From: an uncultured Chloroflexia bacterium
GTDB lineage: Bacteria > Chloroflexota > Anaerolineae > B4-G1 > SLSP01
Direction: 5' to 3'
DNA length: 64,000 bases
Assembly (NCBI GenBank): GCA_963751345.1
Contig: CAVVUS010000008.1
Location: 1 to 64,000, forward strand
Shown here: positions 1 through 10,991 of the stretch, piece by piece
How positions within the stretch are numbered: position 1 is the stretch's first letter
Layout of the letters: each line of letters begins with the position of its first letter
Translations under genes and position numbers: made by a program
Notes under the pieces: model-generated
What the model saw: only the letters and a program-made list of their open reading frames with translations
Database searches by the model: none
Told to the model about the DNA's origin: nothing

Positions 1-1839
1 ACGAAGAAGCAGCGAGGCAAAGGTAGCCAACTGAGGAGCGGTGGAGGGTGGGGAGAGGAAGAAGGCGTGCATCAGGCAAAGGGGCATGGTCCAAGCGCAG
101 GAGGGCGGTTGGGCGTAGGTCTAGGCGGAGTATACTAGGAGGAGGATACGCACAGGAACGGCAGCATGCTCATGGGGGCGTGAAACGAATCTGGATGCGG
201 GCATCCAGCAGCGACTGCACTGCGGAAGAAGGCAGACGCAAGTTGCGCCAAGCTTCAAGCAACCGAAAGGCGATGTTCTTGGCAGAACCGACGCCTTTGG
301 GAAAGGCGCGGCGAAAGAGACTGCCGCGTTGGATGAGTTGGGCGAGCAGATGCGCGATCTGCAGCAGCAGATAGAAGATCTTGCTGGCGACAGGATCTTC
401 ACTGTAGCGGTGTTCGAGTGCGTATCCTCCGTTTTTCTGCACGTTGAAGCCCTCATTTTCGATTTTCCAGCGTAGGCGTCCTCCTTGATTGGCCAGTTCG
501 ACGACGTTGTGGGCCGTCACCGCGAAGTTGGTCACCCATTTGAAGCGGGTGGTCAGGCGTGGTTGCTGCGCTGAGGGTTTGGTTTCCAAGCATTGGATCA
601 CGGACAGCATATGTTCGATGTTCTCAGAGTCGACGTACGCAATGTCCTTCACCCAGCGCAAGTCCTGCTGGATCTCATGCTGCACCCCGGTCTCAAACCG
701 CAGGTGCTGACCGGGTTCCAGCGGGCTGAGTGCCGCGAACTCCGTGTTGATATAGGGGATGTCGGCGTCTTGCAGGACGACGATGTACTTCCAATGATAG
801 GCTTCGCACAGAGAAAAGATGGGGCCTCCGGCATACAAGCCATCCAAGGTCAAGCAGATGGGCAACCGCGGGAAGCGCATCTTCAAGCGGCGCAGCAAAC
901 GATAACCGGCTTTGAGTTCACAATCCTGCTTCGTAGGGTTTTCACCGGGGTTCTCGATGAATTCGGTCATCAAGGAGAAGACCCAGCCCGAGGGAGTGAT
1001 CAACTTGGCCTCCAGCACGGGGTGGTAGTAGGTGGTGTGGCCATGCTGCGTGCGGGTCAGGCAATACGGACAATGACGTTCCGGATAGGTGAGAAAGCCA
1101 GTGCCGTCGATGGCGACCAGATAGTGGTGGCCCAGGAGTCGCTCCGCATCGAGGCACTTGCGGCGGATCAGCGTGGCGACCATGGAGGAGACCACGTCCT
1201 GGACTTCGGCGACCTCACTGCGGGCAAACGCGTAGTTGAGGGTGTCACCGTGGGGACATTGGGGCACCTGTAACCAGGCTTGATACTTGGCCGTGGCCGG
1301 ACCGTTGTCGCGGAGCAACTCCGCGATCTGGCGGCGCGCCCCCAGGCGGAACAGAAACATCAAGACGCCCGTGGCCATCAGCGTGGGCAAAGGATACGTC
1401 AGGCGGGTAGGGTCACGGTGGTCAGTCAGGGAGCGGAACAGCGGCGCCCAGCCGCCAAAGAAGTGCTCTACGGTCAGCACCAAAGCCTTGAAGAGCGCCC
1501 ATTGCGCGGCAACGTCAGGGTCTGCGGTGTCGGTGGCTGGTTGCAGCAGCGCATCAGATTTCGGGACACTACGGGTTGACATCGACGCACCTCCCAGGGA
1601 GTACCTGGATGATGGTAGAACAGGAGGGTCGCGGGGCAAGGAACGCGAAAAACCAAAAAGGAGGCCAATCCTTGGGGAGCTGCACGCCAGCGAGGGTGCC
1701 GGACTTCCGTATGCGTGCGCTTGGCCGTAGTTGGGCGCCCCCCCCTCACTTATGGCGTTCTCTATCCTATTCTACGCCACAAATGGGGAAGACATGTGAG
1801 TAGATCCCCCATTTCTGACTATGAGTGGGGAATCATCCG
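1..1839 (-). mobile_element. Insertion sequence; one end probably lies outside the window
   Basis: Intact transposase. Candidate terminus CGGATGATTCCCC (minus strand, 1839-1827) is only inferred because no partner inverted repeat is visible in the window. Confidence 0.55.
170..1582 (-). CDS. DDE transposase (DDE_Tnp_1-like; ISNCY/ISAs1-related type)
   Basis: Motifs PHGDT, LVAIDGTG, HCPYC, KQDCELKA, LDGLY, RWKIENEGFNVQK; ATG at 1582 preceded by GGGAGGTG RBS; frame intact. Confidence 0.9.
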   Translation of the reverse strand: MSTRSVPKSDALLQPATDTADPDVAAQWALFKALVLTVEHFFGGWAPLFRSLTDHRDPTRLTYPLPTLMATGVLMFLFRLGARRQIAELLRDNGPATAKYQAWLQVPQCPHGDTLNYAFARSEVAEVQDVVSSMVATLIRRKCLDAERLLGHHYLVAIDGTGFLTYPERHCPYCLTRTQHGHTTYYHPVLEAKLITPSGWVFSLMTEFIENPGENPTKQDCELKAGYRLLRRLKMRFPRLPICLTLDGLYAGGPIFSLCEAYHWKYIVVLQDADIPYINTEFAALSPLEPGQHLRFETGVQHEIQQDLRWVKDIAYVDSENIEHMLSVIQCLETKPSAQQPRLTTRFKWVTNFAVTAHNVVELANQGGRLRWKIENEGFNVQKNGGYALEHRYSEDPVASKIFYLLLQIAHLLAQLIQRGSLFRRAFPKGVGSAKNIAFRLLEAWRNLRLPSSAVQSLLDARIQIRFTPP

Positions 1840-1970
1840 TCGGCGTCATCAACACTGACGCGACGTAGTCTCGTCCCTGCGCCAGTGCGAAGATCTCAGA
1901 TTCTTCGTCGCTGGACAATGTATGAGTCTGTTGGCAGACAATACGCGCGTCACCTTGTCGCTGTGCCTGT

Positions 1971-2471
1971 CTACGCTCTTGCCACTCGATCCTGATCATC
2001 TTCGAAGAGCCGCCACTCATCGACCGAGGTGACCAGGTCGGCGTGCACGTTCCGGTCGTAGGTGTACAGGATGACGCGTTTGCCGCACCGCTTTCTGGCA
2101 ACCTCAACCGCGGGGATCAGATCCTGATCCCCCGTCGTAAGCACCAACGTCGCCACGTCGTCGAGACTGGCCTGCCATACCAGGTGCGCGCCAAGGTCGA
2201 CGTCGACCCTTCGCTGGCGGTTCTCGCCGGGAATGGCCGACTGCATCGGCTGCAGCCGGACCTCCATACCGTATTGCTTCATCGCCGCATAGAATCGCTG
2301 CAGCCCCTCTGAGATGCCGTAGGCTGAATCGTATCCGTTGAACAGAAATGCCCGGGTTCGCCCGTACCGCTCCTCCAGCAGCCGGTGGGTCGCCACATAG
2401 TCTAGCCTGAATTTGTCCTCGCTGGCCTTCACTACGTAGCCTACGTCAACCAACCAACTGGCAGTATCCAT
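1971..2471 (-). CDS. NYN domain protein (LabA/DUF88, PIN-like nuclease fold)
   Basis: Acidic motifs LVDVGY, QRRVDVDL, LTTGDQDLIPAV followed by GKRV. Confidence 0.85.
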   Translation of the reverse strand: MDTASWLVDVGYVVKASEDKFRLDYVATHRLLEERYGRTRAFLFNGYDSAYGISEGLQRFYAAMKQYGMEVRLQPMQSAIPGENRQRRVDVDLGAHLVWQASLDDVATLVLTTGDQDLIPAVEVARKRCGKRVILYTYDRNVHADLVTSVDEWRLFEDDQDRVARA

Positions 2472-2705
2472 ACGTTCTTCCTCTTTCCTGAGGCGTTCTC
2501 TTTACGGGTATTGTACACTGGGCAGTCACGATTGCGGAACGTAGATCTCGGGCTACAGCCACCATACCTTCGGCGGACGAGTGCGCGCCGGGTGCGGTAG
2601 TGACCGATGCGGCGGGATGAGTGAGACTCTATTGCCACAGAGGCTGCTGCGCGTCTGCACCAGGGCATCGTCCCCTGCGTAGGCCAAGAGCAGATCCTCA
2701 GGCCT

Positions 2706-2748
2706 GTTCTCCGCCGTGGGCCCGCGGATCACAGATCCGCGGGGAACG
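2706..2748. repeat. Palindromic repeat family B, copy 1
   Basis: CCCGCGGATC-ACA-GATCCGCGGG followed by GAAC; same core as 34071 and 53010. Confidence 0.65.
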
Positions 2749-2790
2749 GACGGATCGCTGCGGTGTGCGGCGCCTGCGCGATGATCTTCC

Positions 2791-4399
2791 TTACCCGCCC
2801 GTGACCCACTTGGTGTAGAGATCCATATGCCGGTCGCCGGTGACCTGCTGGATCGCGTCGAGCAGCCGCTCGGGGGTGGCGATGCCGAAGCGGTTCTCGG
2901 CATAGTAGGTCTTGAGGATCTGGAAGAAGGCGTCGTCACCGACTGCGGTGCGCAGCGCGTCGTAATAGAGGGGGCCCTCCCGGTAGATGACGTCCCAGTA
3001 GGTGCTGCCGGTGTAGTCCTTGGCGGGCAGCCCGATCGGCATCGCACGTCCGCGCAGCCTGAAGCTTCCGGTAGGTGGCGCGGAACTCACCGTTGACGAT
3101 GCCGATGCCGCGCTGTTTGCCGTAGCGGTGTTCGTAGTAGAGCATGGTGCTGTAGGAGGTGAGTGTCTCGTCAAGCCACGGTTGGTTCACCTGGTCGCTG
3201 CCCACGACGCCGTACCACCATTGGTGCCCCACCTCGTGGGCCACGATCCACTCCAGAACCGGGTTGCCGTAGTAGTAGGCGTCCTTGACCACTACGAGGC
3301 CCGGATACTCCATGCCGCCCAGGAGGTTGGGCGTCATCACGACGTCGAGCTCCGTATAGGGGTAGTCGCCGAAGTAGTCGGTGTAGGCTGTGACGGCATC
3401 GACGGCAACGTCGAGCGCCAGTTGGCCGCTCTGCTGGACGCCCTCGTAGTAATAGCTGTTGATCACCACGTCGCCGGCGGTGTGGGCTACCCGTACGAAC
3501 TTATCACTGAGCACCAGCATGAAGTCGCGCATCGGGCTGGCGTCGCACCGCCACATACCCGGTCCGATAGAGGTGCAGGTCCCGGAGGCCACGAGCGCCA
3601 TCGTCGGTGGGGCGGAGATGCGCACCGAATAGGCGGCGATGTCGGTGAAAGGGTCGTCGGAGAAGTTGGGCGCGACCTCGGTGTGCCAGCCGGTCTCGTT
3701 GTAGACCGGGATCACGGGATAGACGTTGGGCAGGGCCATGACCCCGTTGACGTAGGAGAAGAGGCCGAAGCCGGCTGCCCGGGTCGTGGGCACGCTGACG
3801 CCGAAGTCCATGCTCATGATGATCCGTCCACCTGCGGCCAACGGGGTCTCCAGCGGGAGGCGAAGCACGGTGTTCTGCATCTCCAGCGTGGGCGACACCG
3901 GGCGACCATTGACCAGAGTGTTGGTCACGGTGATCGTCCCGCCGAAGTGCCGCGCATTCGGGAAGAGCCGCAGGAGGATGGACTCCAGGGGGACTTGCTC
4001 GGTGTTGGTGTAATCGATGACCTCAGAGCCCTTGACGTGGGCATTGTCAGGGTCGATTTCCAGCACGATGTTGTACGAGGTGCAGCCGGGCAGCTGGTCC
4101 AGGATGCTCGCGAATGACGGAAGGAGACAGAGACGGGGAAGGGGGATCTCGTCCTCCGCCGGGATCAGGGTCGGCAGGCCCAAGGGACCCTGGGGCGTGA
4201 GGCGCGGCGGGGGCGGCTGAAGCGTGGGCGTGGCGCGCGGCGGCATCGTGATCCGCGGCTCAAAGGACAGTTGAGTTGGAAAGGGTGTCGGTTCCGCCGT
4301 CGGTGATGTGCAGCCCCACAGTGCTCCCACTGTTGACAGGATTGCGGCGGCTGCCGCCCACATGCCGATTCGGATGCGAGCACGCTTCTTCCAACGCAT
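2791..4399 (-). CDS. M1 family (gluzincin) aminopeptidase, probable lipoprotein; frameshift ~3045
   Basis: GGMEYPG and HEVGHQWW...WLDE motifs; signal peptide with LWGC lipobox; C-terminus (YREGPLYYDALR) in another frame. Confidence 0.88.
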
Positions 4400-4425
4400 G
4401 GTGACCCTCCCTTTGCAGCTACCTC

Positions 4426-5320
4426 CTATCCCACCACGGGTTTCGCGCCCGCGCCCGCTGTTCCTTGAGCTTGCGCTTCCCCGCCAGCCGCAGGGGCCCG
4501 CCGCCCCCAGCTGACGCCAAGTGCCAGTGCCCACCACAGTGTCACGTAGACCGATTCCGCCCGCAGCGTGAGCGCGTAGAGCTCACCCACGAGGTTGACC
4601 GTGAAGTGGACGATCACGGCGGAGAGGGTGCTGCGGTGCGTGTTGTTGTAGATCCAGGTCATAATGACCGATTGAGGAATCTTGTCCAGCATGAAGAGCC
4701 AGAAGAGCGGCGTGCCTATCCCCAGGCTGTGCTGGTAGGAGCCCTTGATGAAGAAGAGTGGCAGGTGCCAGATGGTCCACACGGCGCCGAGGATCACGCT
4801 GGAGCTGAGCGCGCCCCGTTCCGCCTGCAGCCTATCGAGGGCGAAGCCACGCCAGCCGAGCTCCTCGGGCAGCGGGCCGAAGAGGAAGGTGAAGGCCGCG
4901 AAGGCCAGCCACCCGCCGAGGCCGCCTGTAACGCGCGCTATCTCCTCCGGTACGGCACCCAGCCCGCCCATCATTCTGTCAGTCGTCACGGCCATAAGGG
5001 TGATTGCGGGTACGATCAGGAGCGCCACCAGAGCCCAGACAGGGCCCATCCGGCGGATCTCGACAAGGCGTTGCCAAAAGTTCCGAGCCGCCGATGCGGG
5101 CTCGCGCACGTAGAGCAGCCCGGCGGCGACGATGAAGGGCATCAGTCCGCCGAGGTAGTGCAGGGCGAGCACGGTGGGATCGGGCTCCGCCGCGGGCAGA
5201 AGGGCCGCCGGGATCCAGAAGAGCCAAGTGAGCCCGACGACGAGGCTCAGGTAGAGCCATGCCCGGTGTTTCGGCCCAGCGCGGGCGTGGTCGAGATACG
5301 GCCTTTATGTCACCTGTCAT
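4426..5320 (-). CDS. CPBP/Abi (CAAX) intramembrane protease; N-terminal frameshift
   Basis: PEELGWRGFAL, WTIWHLP, VHFTVN motifs; ATG overlaps the HEPN gene stop (ATGA). Confidence 0.85.
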
Positions 5321-5664
5321 CCACTGCTCCACTCATCGAGGAGGGTCTCTACCCCTGATGCGAGCCCGGGAATCTCATTAGCTACAACATCCAAGACAAT
5401 ATCGTAGTCAACCCCAAAGTATCTGTGTATGAGTCGATCTCGCATGCCAGCCATACTGCGCCAAGGGATCGTGGGGTGTCGTCGCCGGGTGACTTCCGAT
5501 ACCTGCTTTGCAGCCTCTCCAATGATCTCCAGGCTTCTTGCGAAGGCGCGCTTCAGGGTTTCGTCCTGTCGGAACGCTTCAGCACTCAAGTCCTTAGATT
5601 GCGCTTGGAGGTAGCGTGCTTCAGTCAGGATGTGCTGTAGGTATTCACGATCCGAGTGGGGCAT
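5317..5664 (-). CDS. HEPN/DUF86 toxin (HepT-like RNase)
   Basis: LEIIGEA, IPW, RDRLIHRY (RX4HXY); lies downstream of an MNT gene. Confidence 0.9.
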   Translation of the reverse strand: MPHSDREYLQHILTEARYLQAQSKDLSAEAFRQDETLKRAFARSLEIIGEAAKQVSEVTRRRHPTIPWRSMAGMRDRLIHRYFGVDYDIVLDVVANEIPGLASGVETLLDEWSSG

Positions 5665-5956
5665 ACAACACTTCTTGAAGGATATGGGGTCCGATATATG
5701 GGCTGAGCGATTCAGCCGTCACAAGATCAACGGGCCGGCCAAGCAGTTCTTCAAGGTAATCGGCCAGCCCCATGAAGTTACGGAACGTCTTCTTGTTGGG
5801 TTCGAACTCGACCAGGATGTCAACATCGCTAGCGTCGCGGGTTTCGTCGCGCGCAACCGAGCCAAAGATCCCGCATCGCTTCACGCCGTACGCTCTGATC
5901 GCCTCACTATGTTGGCTGATCAGCGCCAAGGCCTCGCGTTTGGTCTCGACCGCCAT
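5645..5956 (-). CDS. Minimal nucleotidyltransferase (MNT) antitoxin
   Basis: FGSVARDETRDASDVD (GSX10DXD); RPVDLV; overlaps the HEPN gene. Confidence 0.9.
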   Translation of the reverse strand: MAVETKREALALISQHSEAIRAYGVKRCGIFGSVARDETRDASDVDILVEFEPNKKTFRNFMGLADYLEELLGRPVDLVTAESLSPYIGPHILQEVLYAPLGS

Positions 5957-6117
5957 CGTGCTCCTTTCGACGCCCGCCGGCGTGGGATCCTGCGAACGCA
6001 ATTCCAGTGTAGCATAGATGTCGCACAAAGCCATACACTCCTGCATCGGCGACGATCTATGCCGATCCGGTGGCTCGCGCGTGCCCCCGCGGCGTTACGG
6101 CGTATACTGAGCTCACG

Positions 6118-7004
6118 ATGACACGCTTTGTTTTTATCACCGACACGCACCTTGGCGCGGCCAACGATGTGGGGTACCGCCAACAGCCGCGGCGCGCCGA
6201 TCAACTGCCCGCGCTGCTCGCGCTTCTCGACGGGTGGATCCGGCGCGAGGCCGAGGGCGGTGCGCCTATCTCGTTTGTCCTCCACGGCGGGGATATGGTT
6301 GACGCCGCCGGCCCCGAGATCCTGCGCGCTGCGACGGAGACCTTCCGCCTCAGCGTGCCGGTCTACCTCTCGCTGGGCAACCACGACGTGACGCGGCGCG
6401 ACGCCGCCGATCTCTGGCTCTCTGAGGCACCGGCGTTCTTCCCAGGGGGCGAGTTCGCCTATGCCCTCCAGTGGCGAAGGATGGATGCTCCACGTCGTGC
6501 CCACGCAGTGGTGCGAGGTACCCTACTACTGGGCAGGAGGTACAGCGCCCACACCTGCTACCCAAGCACATCGACGCGCTGGCGTCGGAGTTGGATGCCC
6601 ATCCTGGCGTGACGCACGTGCTGTGCACGCACGGTGAGGTACTGGGGGTGCCGCCCGAGCAGACGGGCCGGGCCGAGACCTATCATCCACCGGAGGCATC
6701 TTACACGGAGACGATCATGGCGCTCCTGCGGCGGTTTCCGCAGCTCAAGGCGGTATTCGGCGGGCATAACCACATCAACACCCACGCCGTCCGCGAAGAG
6801 GCGCACCTCATGACCGGGAGCGCGTTCCCCGAGACCCCGTTCGAGTTCAAGGTGGTAGATGTCGCGGCGGACCACCTGAGGGTCCGCACGATCCCGCTGC
6901 TAGCCGAGGTCGGCTTCCGTGCCGGCTACGACTGGGACAAGACTTTCGTTCAGGGCAGGCGCTGTGACCGCGAGTTCGCGGTCGATTTCACCGAGGCCGA
7001 ATAA
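6118..7004 (+). CDS. Calcineurin-like metallophosphoesterase; frameshift ~6470
   Basis: DTH, GGDMVD, GNHD, THG, GGHNH motifs across two frames. Confidence 0.85.
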
Positions 7005-8208
7005 GGTCCGACAGAGCGAGCACGTCCGCTTGCCAACCTGCCACGATAGCAAGCTCGGCTTCCCGCTGTGCCGGGTCCTTCACGTAGCCCTTGGCCAGTT
7101 CATAGAGGTGAGCATAGTGGCCCGCCAGGGCATCGAGTGGCGCCTCGACTGCCACGAGGTCGGCGGCGTTTTGTGCTGCAGCTGCCGATCTCATCGCGTC
7201 AAGTGCTCCTAGCCATGCCTCTGCAGACATGCGAGCGTCGGATCTGAAGGTGCGGATGATCCATTGCCTCTCGAAGACGTTCCGCTCGTGCCAGCTCGCT
7301 GACTGATCGGATAGTGTTGCTCTGACACGCTCGGTGAACGCAAGGATCTGCTCAAACCGATCGGCCGGTATCTGCGGCATCGCCGACCCTGTGCCTGCCT
7401 CGGGTACGTCGATCCCGGCGTCGACCAGGGCCTGCACTGAGGAGATCTCCTGCCCTCGATAGCGTTCTGCCATGGCAATTGCTGCGGCAAACCCGGCTCC
7501 TGCCGCTTCGACCGAGATCGTATGGGCGGTCAGAGTGGCCTGAAGCTCTTCCAGGGACGTACCCATCAGGGCGGCAAGCGCCGGAATCGCGTTCTTCGCC
7601 GTCTCGGTCGGTACGAAACCCGGCCCGATTGTAAATGCCGAGACACCAGTGCCCACTAGCTCAGCATCGAGGGTATTCGCCAGATGCACCTGAGCCGCTT
7701 TGATAGCCTCATAGGGGCCCATGAAAGCTTGCCCGACCGACGAGACGCAGGCGAAGACGCCCGAACGCCGCTCAATCATCGCCGGCAAGAATGTCGTAGC
7801 CAAGAGAACGGGTCCGCGAAGATTGACGCGATACGAAGTGTCCCACGCCTTGATCGGTACCTCATGTGCAGCCCCGAGCGAGGCGACGGTGGCATTGTTG
7901 AGCACGATGTCAATCTTGTCGTAGGCGCGAACGGCGCGCCGGGCCAATTGATGGACGCTGTCCTCGTCACCGACATCGGTGTGGACAAAGAGTGCGGCTT
8001 CAGCACCGGACTCGGCGCATATGCGACTGGCGGCCGATTTACCTGCGGCCTTGTCGATCTCAGCGATGACCACCCGTGCACCCAGACCTGTGAGTGCGCG
8101 GGCCGCCTCGAAACCAATGCCGCGGCCCCCACCAGTGACGATCGCGATGCGTCCGGCGAGTGCATCTGAGCGAAGTTCGCCCGTCGTGATCAGTCGACGA
8201 TCCATCAT
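6988..8208 (-). CDS. SDR oxidoreductase with long C-terminal extension
   Basis: TGGGRGIG, NNA, YEAIK (YxxxK). Confidence 0.85.
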   Translation of the reverse strand: MMDRRLITTGELRSDALAGRIAIVTGGGRGIGFEAARALTGLGARVVIAEIDKAAGKSAASRICAESGAEAALFVHTDVGDEDSVHQLARRAVRAYDKIDIVLNNATVASLGAAHEVPIKAWDTSYRVNLRGPVLLATTFLPAMIERRSGVFACVSSVGQAFMGPYEAIKAAQVHLANTLDAELVGTGVSAFTIGPGFVPTETAKNAIPALAALMGTSLEELQATLTAHTISVEAAGAGFAAAIAMAERYRGQEISSVQALVDAGIDVPEAGTGSAMPQIPADRFEQILAFTERVRATLSDQSASWHERNVFERQWIIRTFRSDARMSAEAWLGALDAMRSAAAAQNAADLVAVEAPLDALAGHYAHLYELAKGYVKDPAQREAELAIVAGWQADVLALSDLIRPR

Positions 8209-9077
8209 AGCTCCTCTTCTGAGCAAATCCTGGCCGCCACAATTCCATAGTCCGGCGCTACCTCACCCGAGCCATCAGGGAAGTAGCGCGCCGCGAGACC
8301 GGCAGAGCCTACGTTTACCACGTCGCAGAACCCGCGCTGCTGAAGGAAGGCCTCGATCGCATCGGCAGGGATGCCAAATGTGAGCGCCTCGCCGCTCATC
8401 CACTGGTGGTCGCGCATCCCCTTGACCTCGCCGTGGCCCGCGGTGTCCGCCAGTGCTCGGGGTTCGATGTAGTCGAAGACGATCGAGCTCCCCGGACCCG
8501 AGTGGTGCGCCACGAAGCTGAGGGTTGCGTCGACCGCTTCCGGCGTCAGATAGTGGGTCACGCCCTGCCAGATGAAAAGCGTCCTGAGCGTCGGGTCGTA
8601 TCCCTCTGCCGGGAGCCGCTCCTCCAAAGACTGCGTGTTGAAGTCGATGGCGACAAAGGTGACGTGATCGGGCACGCATCCCAGGATTCGGCGGAGCCTG
8701 CGCAGCTTCACCCCCTGGCTGGCGGGATGATCCACCTCAAAGACATGCACGTCCCGGCTCAGCGCGTCGAACCGGTAGGCTCGCGCGTCGAACCCGGCGC
8801 CCAGGATGACGAGTTGGTCGATGCCCTCGGCCAGCCGGGCCTCGAGCACGTCGTCGATGTAGCGGTCGCGTGTGACCAGGAAGCCCACAACCCCGGGGCC
8901 CTTTCGTTCGCTCCATCCCAGCCTGTCGAAGACCCTGACGACGGCGTAGAGCCAACCCGGCACGAACTGCCGCGCGTAGGGATCGTAGAGCAGGCGCTCG
9001 CCCTCCGGTTTCTCGGACTCCAGCGCCCGGATCGCAGCGATGCCAAGCGCGCTCAGGCTCGATTGACGTTTGCGCAT
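8205..9077 (-). CDS. SAM-dependent methyltransferase (LCM/TIGR00027-like)
   Basis: RALES, DPYA, RDRYIDD, QLVILGAGFDARAYR, FEVDHP, WQGVTHYL. Confidence 0.9.
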   Translation of the reverse strand: MRKRQSSLSALGIAAIRALESEKPEGERLLYDPYARQFVPGWLYAVVRVFDRLGWSERKGPGVVGFLVTRDRYIDDVLEARLAEGIDQLVILGAGFDARAYRFDALSRDVHVFEVDHPASQGVKLRRLRRILGCVPDHVTFVAIDFNTQSLEERLPAEGYDPTLRTLFIWQGVTHYLTPEAVDATLSFVAHHSGPGSSIVFDYIEPRALADTAGHGEVKGMRDHQWMSGEALTFGIPADAIEAFLQQRGFCDVVNVGSAGLAARYFPDGSGEVAPDYGIVAARICSEEEL

Positions 9078-9137
9078 AGGGGATAGCCTTCAGCCAACAG
9101 CTGTCAGTTGACCGGTCCGTATTCCTTGTCCTGGATT

Positions 9138-10070
9138 CTAGCCCCGCGTTGTTGCCTTCTTCCACCGCACGAAGTGCTGCTGCGCCACCGGGTTGAGCGA
9201 GACGTAGAAGCGGTTGGCGGGGGACGGCTCCGGCGCGGAGGCGATGTATGCCCAGCGGGCGCCGCGTTCGTGCAGGCCGTTGAAGCAGGCGGTGACGACG
9301 GCTCTGGCCAGGCCGAGACGACGGTAGGCAGGATGGGTACCCACGGGCTCGACCTCCGCCAGCCCATTCACCCGGTTGATCGAACCGGTGGCAAAGGCCA
9401 CGCGCTGCCCGTCCGGCGCGACCACCACCAGGTCGAGCGCCGGGTCGTATGACCACATCTCCTGCATGACGGGCTCCGGCGTCAGGTCCGGGTCGCGGTC
9501 GGGATGGAAGACGAGCGAGGTCAGCCGCGAGCGCGCCACCCGGTCGGGGTCGGCCACCGCATCGCGGATGGTGTAGTCCTCCGGGAGGGTGACCGTGCCG
9601 GACACCTGCAGGAGATCATAGGCGTGCATGGTCTCGGCCGCGCCTTCCGCGCGGTAGCCCAGATGGGTCAGCGCCGTCTCCCGGCCTGTGTCTCCCATCT
9701 CAGCATACGTGATCCACATGCCGCCGGCAGAGGGCCAGTGTCCCTCGACCCAGGTGAGGATGTCCGGCTCGATCTCGCGGTGGTCGGGGTGGGTGATGAC
9801 ATGGAAGTCACGCCCGGACCCCTCTACAATCGCCAGACCCACAAGGTTGCCCGCGTCGTCTCTCCACAGGTGGAGCTTGCGATTGAGCGCGGCGCGGTTG
9901 AACCAGTCGGGGGCGCTATAGACGACCCAGCCCTCAAAGCGGTTGGCGGACCACGTGTTGACAGCCGGCGGCTCGCCCTCTGTCCGTGGTCGGTGAGTCT
10001 CGGCGAGCATGCGCCAGACCTCGCGGAACTCACGATTCCGGTCGGTGACGAAAGCGTCGGTGATGTGCAC
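9138..10070 (-). CDS. GNAT N-acetyltransferase
   Basis: EVEPVGTHPAYRRLGLARA acetyl-CoA motif; GTG start inferred. Confidence 0.85.
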   Translation of the reverse strand: MHITDAFVTDRNREFREVWRMLAETHRPRTEGEPPAVNTWSANRFEGWVVYSAPDWFNRAALNRKLHLWRDDAGNLVGLAIVEGSGRDFHVITHPDHREIEPDILTWVEGHWPSAGGMWITYAEMGDTGRETALTHLGYRAEGAAETMHAYDLLQVSGTVTLPEDYTIRDAVADPDRVARSRLTSLVFHPDRDPDLTPEPVMQEMWSYDPALDLVVVAPDGQRVAFATGSINRVNGLAEVEPVGTHPAYRRLGLARAVVTACFNGLHERGARWAYIASAPEPSPANRFYVSLNPVAQQHFVRWKKATTRG

Positions 10071-10080
10071 CGGCCTGTCC

Positions 10081-10986
10081 CTACTTTCCACGCCGTACTG
10101 CGTGGTCCGATTTGGCCGCCGACCGTCGTGCGCCGGCAGCCCTTTGCCGGAGCACCACTGCCGCCACAATCACGGTCACCAAAGGTAGCACGGCGCCGAA
10201 CTCTCCCGCGAAGTAGGCCGTCCGCCCCGTGTCTTCGGTCAGGCCGCCGAAGATGGTCTGCACGAAGAGGTTGTGGCTGGCGTGAAGCAGGGCGGCGGGC
10301 CAGAGGCTGTTGGAGTCGAGACGGAGCCAGGCGGCGATGACGCTGATGGCCAGCACAAGGATGAGGAACCATACCAGGCCGTACGCCAGTGGGGTGCCGT
10401 TGTTGTATCCCAGCAGGATGCCCGGTACGTGCCAGACCGCCCAGATGGCGCCGCTGATCAGGGCCGTGTTGAGGAAGGTGGTGTGCTTGGCGAGCTCGGG
10501 CACGAGCAGGCCGCGCCACCCGATCTCCTCACCAAGTGCGGAGACCAGGCTGCCGACGATGCCCACGGTCGCCATCACGATGAGATAGACAATCGCGAAG
10601 GTAGTAGGGTTATCGGGCGTCATGCCGGTCGTGGCTGCTGCCGCCGCGATGGCACCAGTCAACGATGGCTTGCCCCATCCTGCCAGCCAGATGATCGCGT
10701 AGGCGACTGCAGCATAGGCCAACGGGATGACATAGCCCGCCACAATGAAGCGTCCCTTGGGCAGGTGCCAGCCGAGCCCGGAGATGCGCTGCTCGAAGAT
10801 GAGCTGTGTCGCCAGGGCTGCGGCGCCGGGACACCACATCAGCAGCAGCGTGTAGGCGCCGCCCGCGGCGTTGTAAGCCCCGGCGGCTGCCATCATGGCA
10901 TAGACGATGCCGCTGAGCACGGCAGTGATGACCACGAAGACGATGATCTTGGCATAACCTGATGTGTTGCTGGTTTTCATTTCCAT
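10081..10986 (-). CDS. CPBP/Abi intramembrane protease
   Basis: GEEIGWRGLL, WAVWHVP, LHASHN. Confidence 0.9.
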   Translation of the reverse strand: MEMKTSNTSGYAKIIVFVVITAVLSGIVYAMMAAAGAYNAAGGAYTLLLMWCPGAAALATQLIFEQRISGLGWHLPKGRFIVAGYVIPLAYAAVAYAIIWLAGWGKPSLTGAIAAAAATTGMTPDNPTTFAIVYLIVMATVGIVGSLVSALGEEIGWRGLLVPELAKHTTFLNTALISGAIWAVWHVPGILLGYNNGTPLAYGLVWFLILVLAISVIAAWLRLDSNSLWPAALLHASHNLFVQTIFGGLTEDTGRTAYFAGEFGAVLPLVTVIVAAVVLRQRAAGARRSAAKSDHAVRRGK

Positions 10987-10991
10987 ATCCC

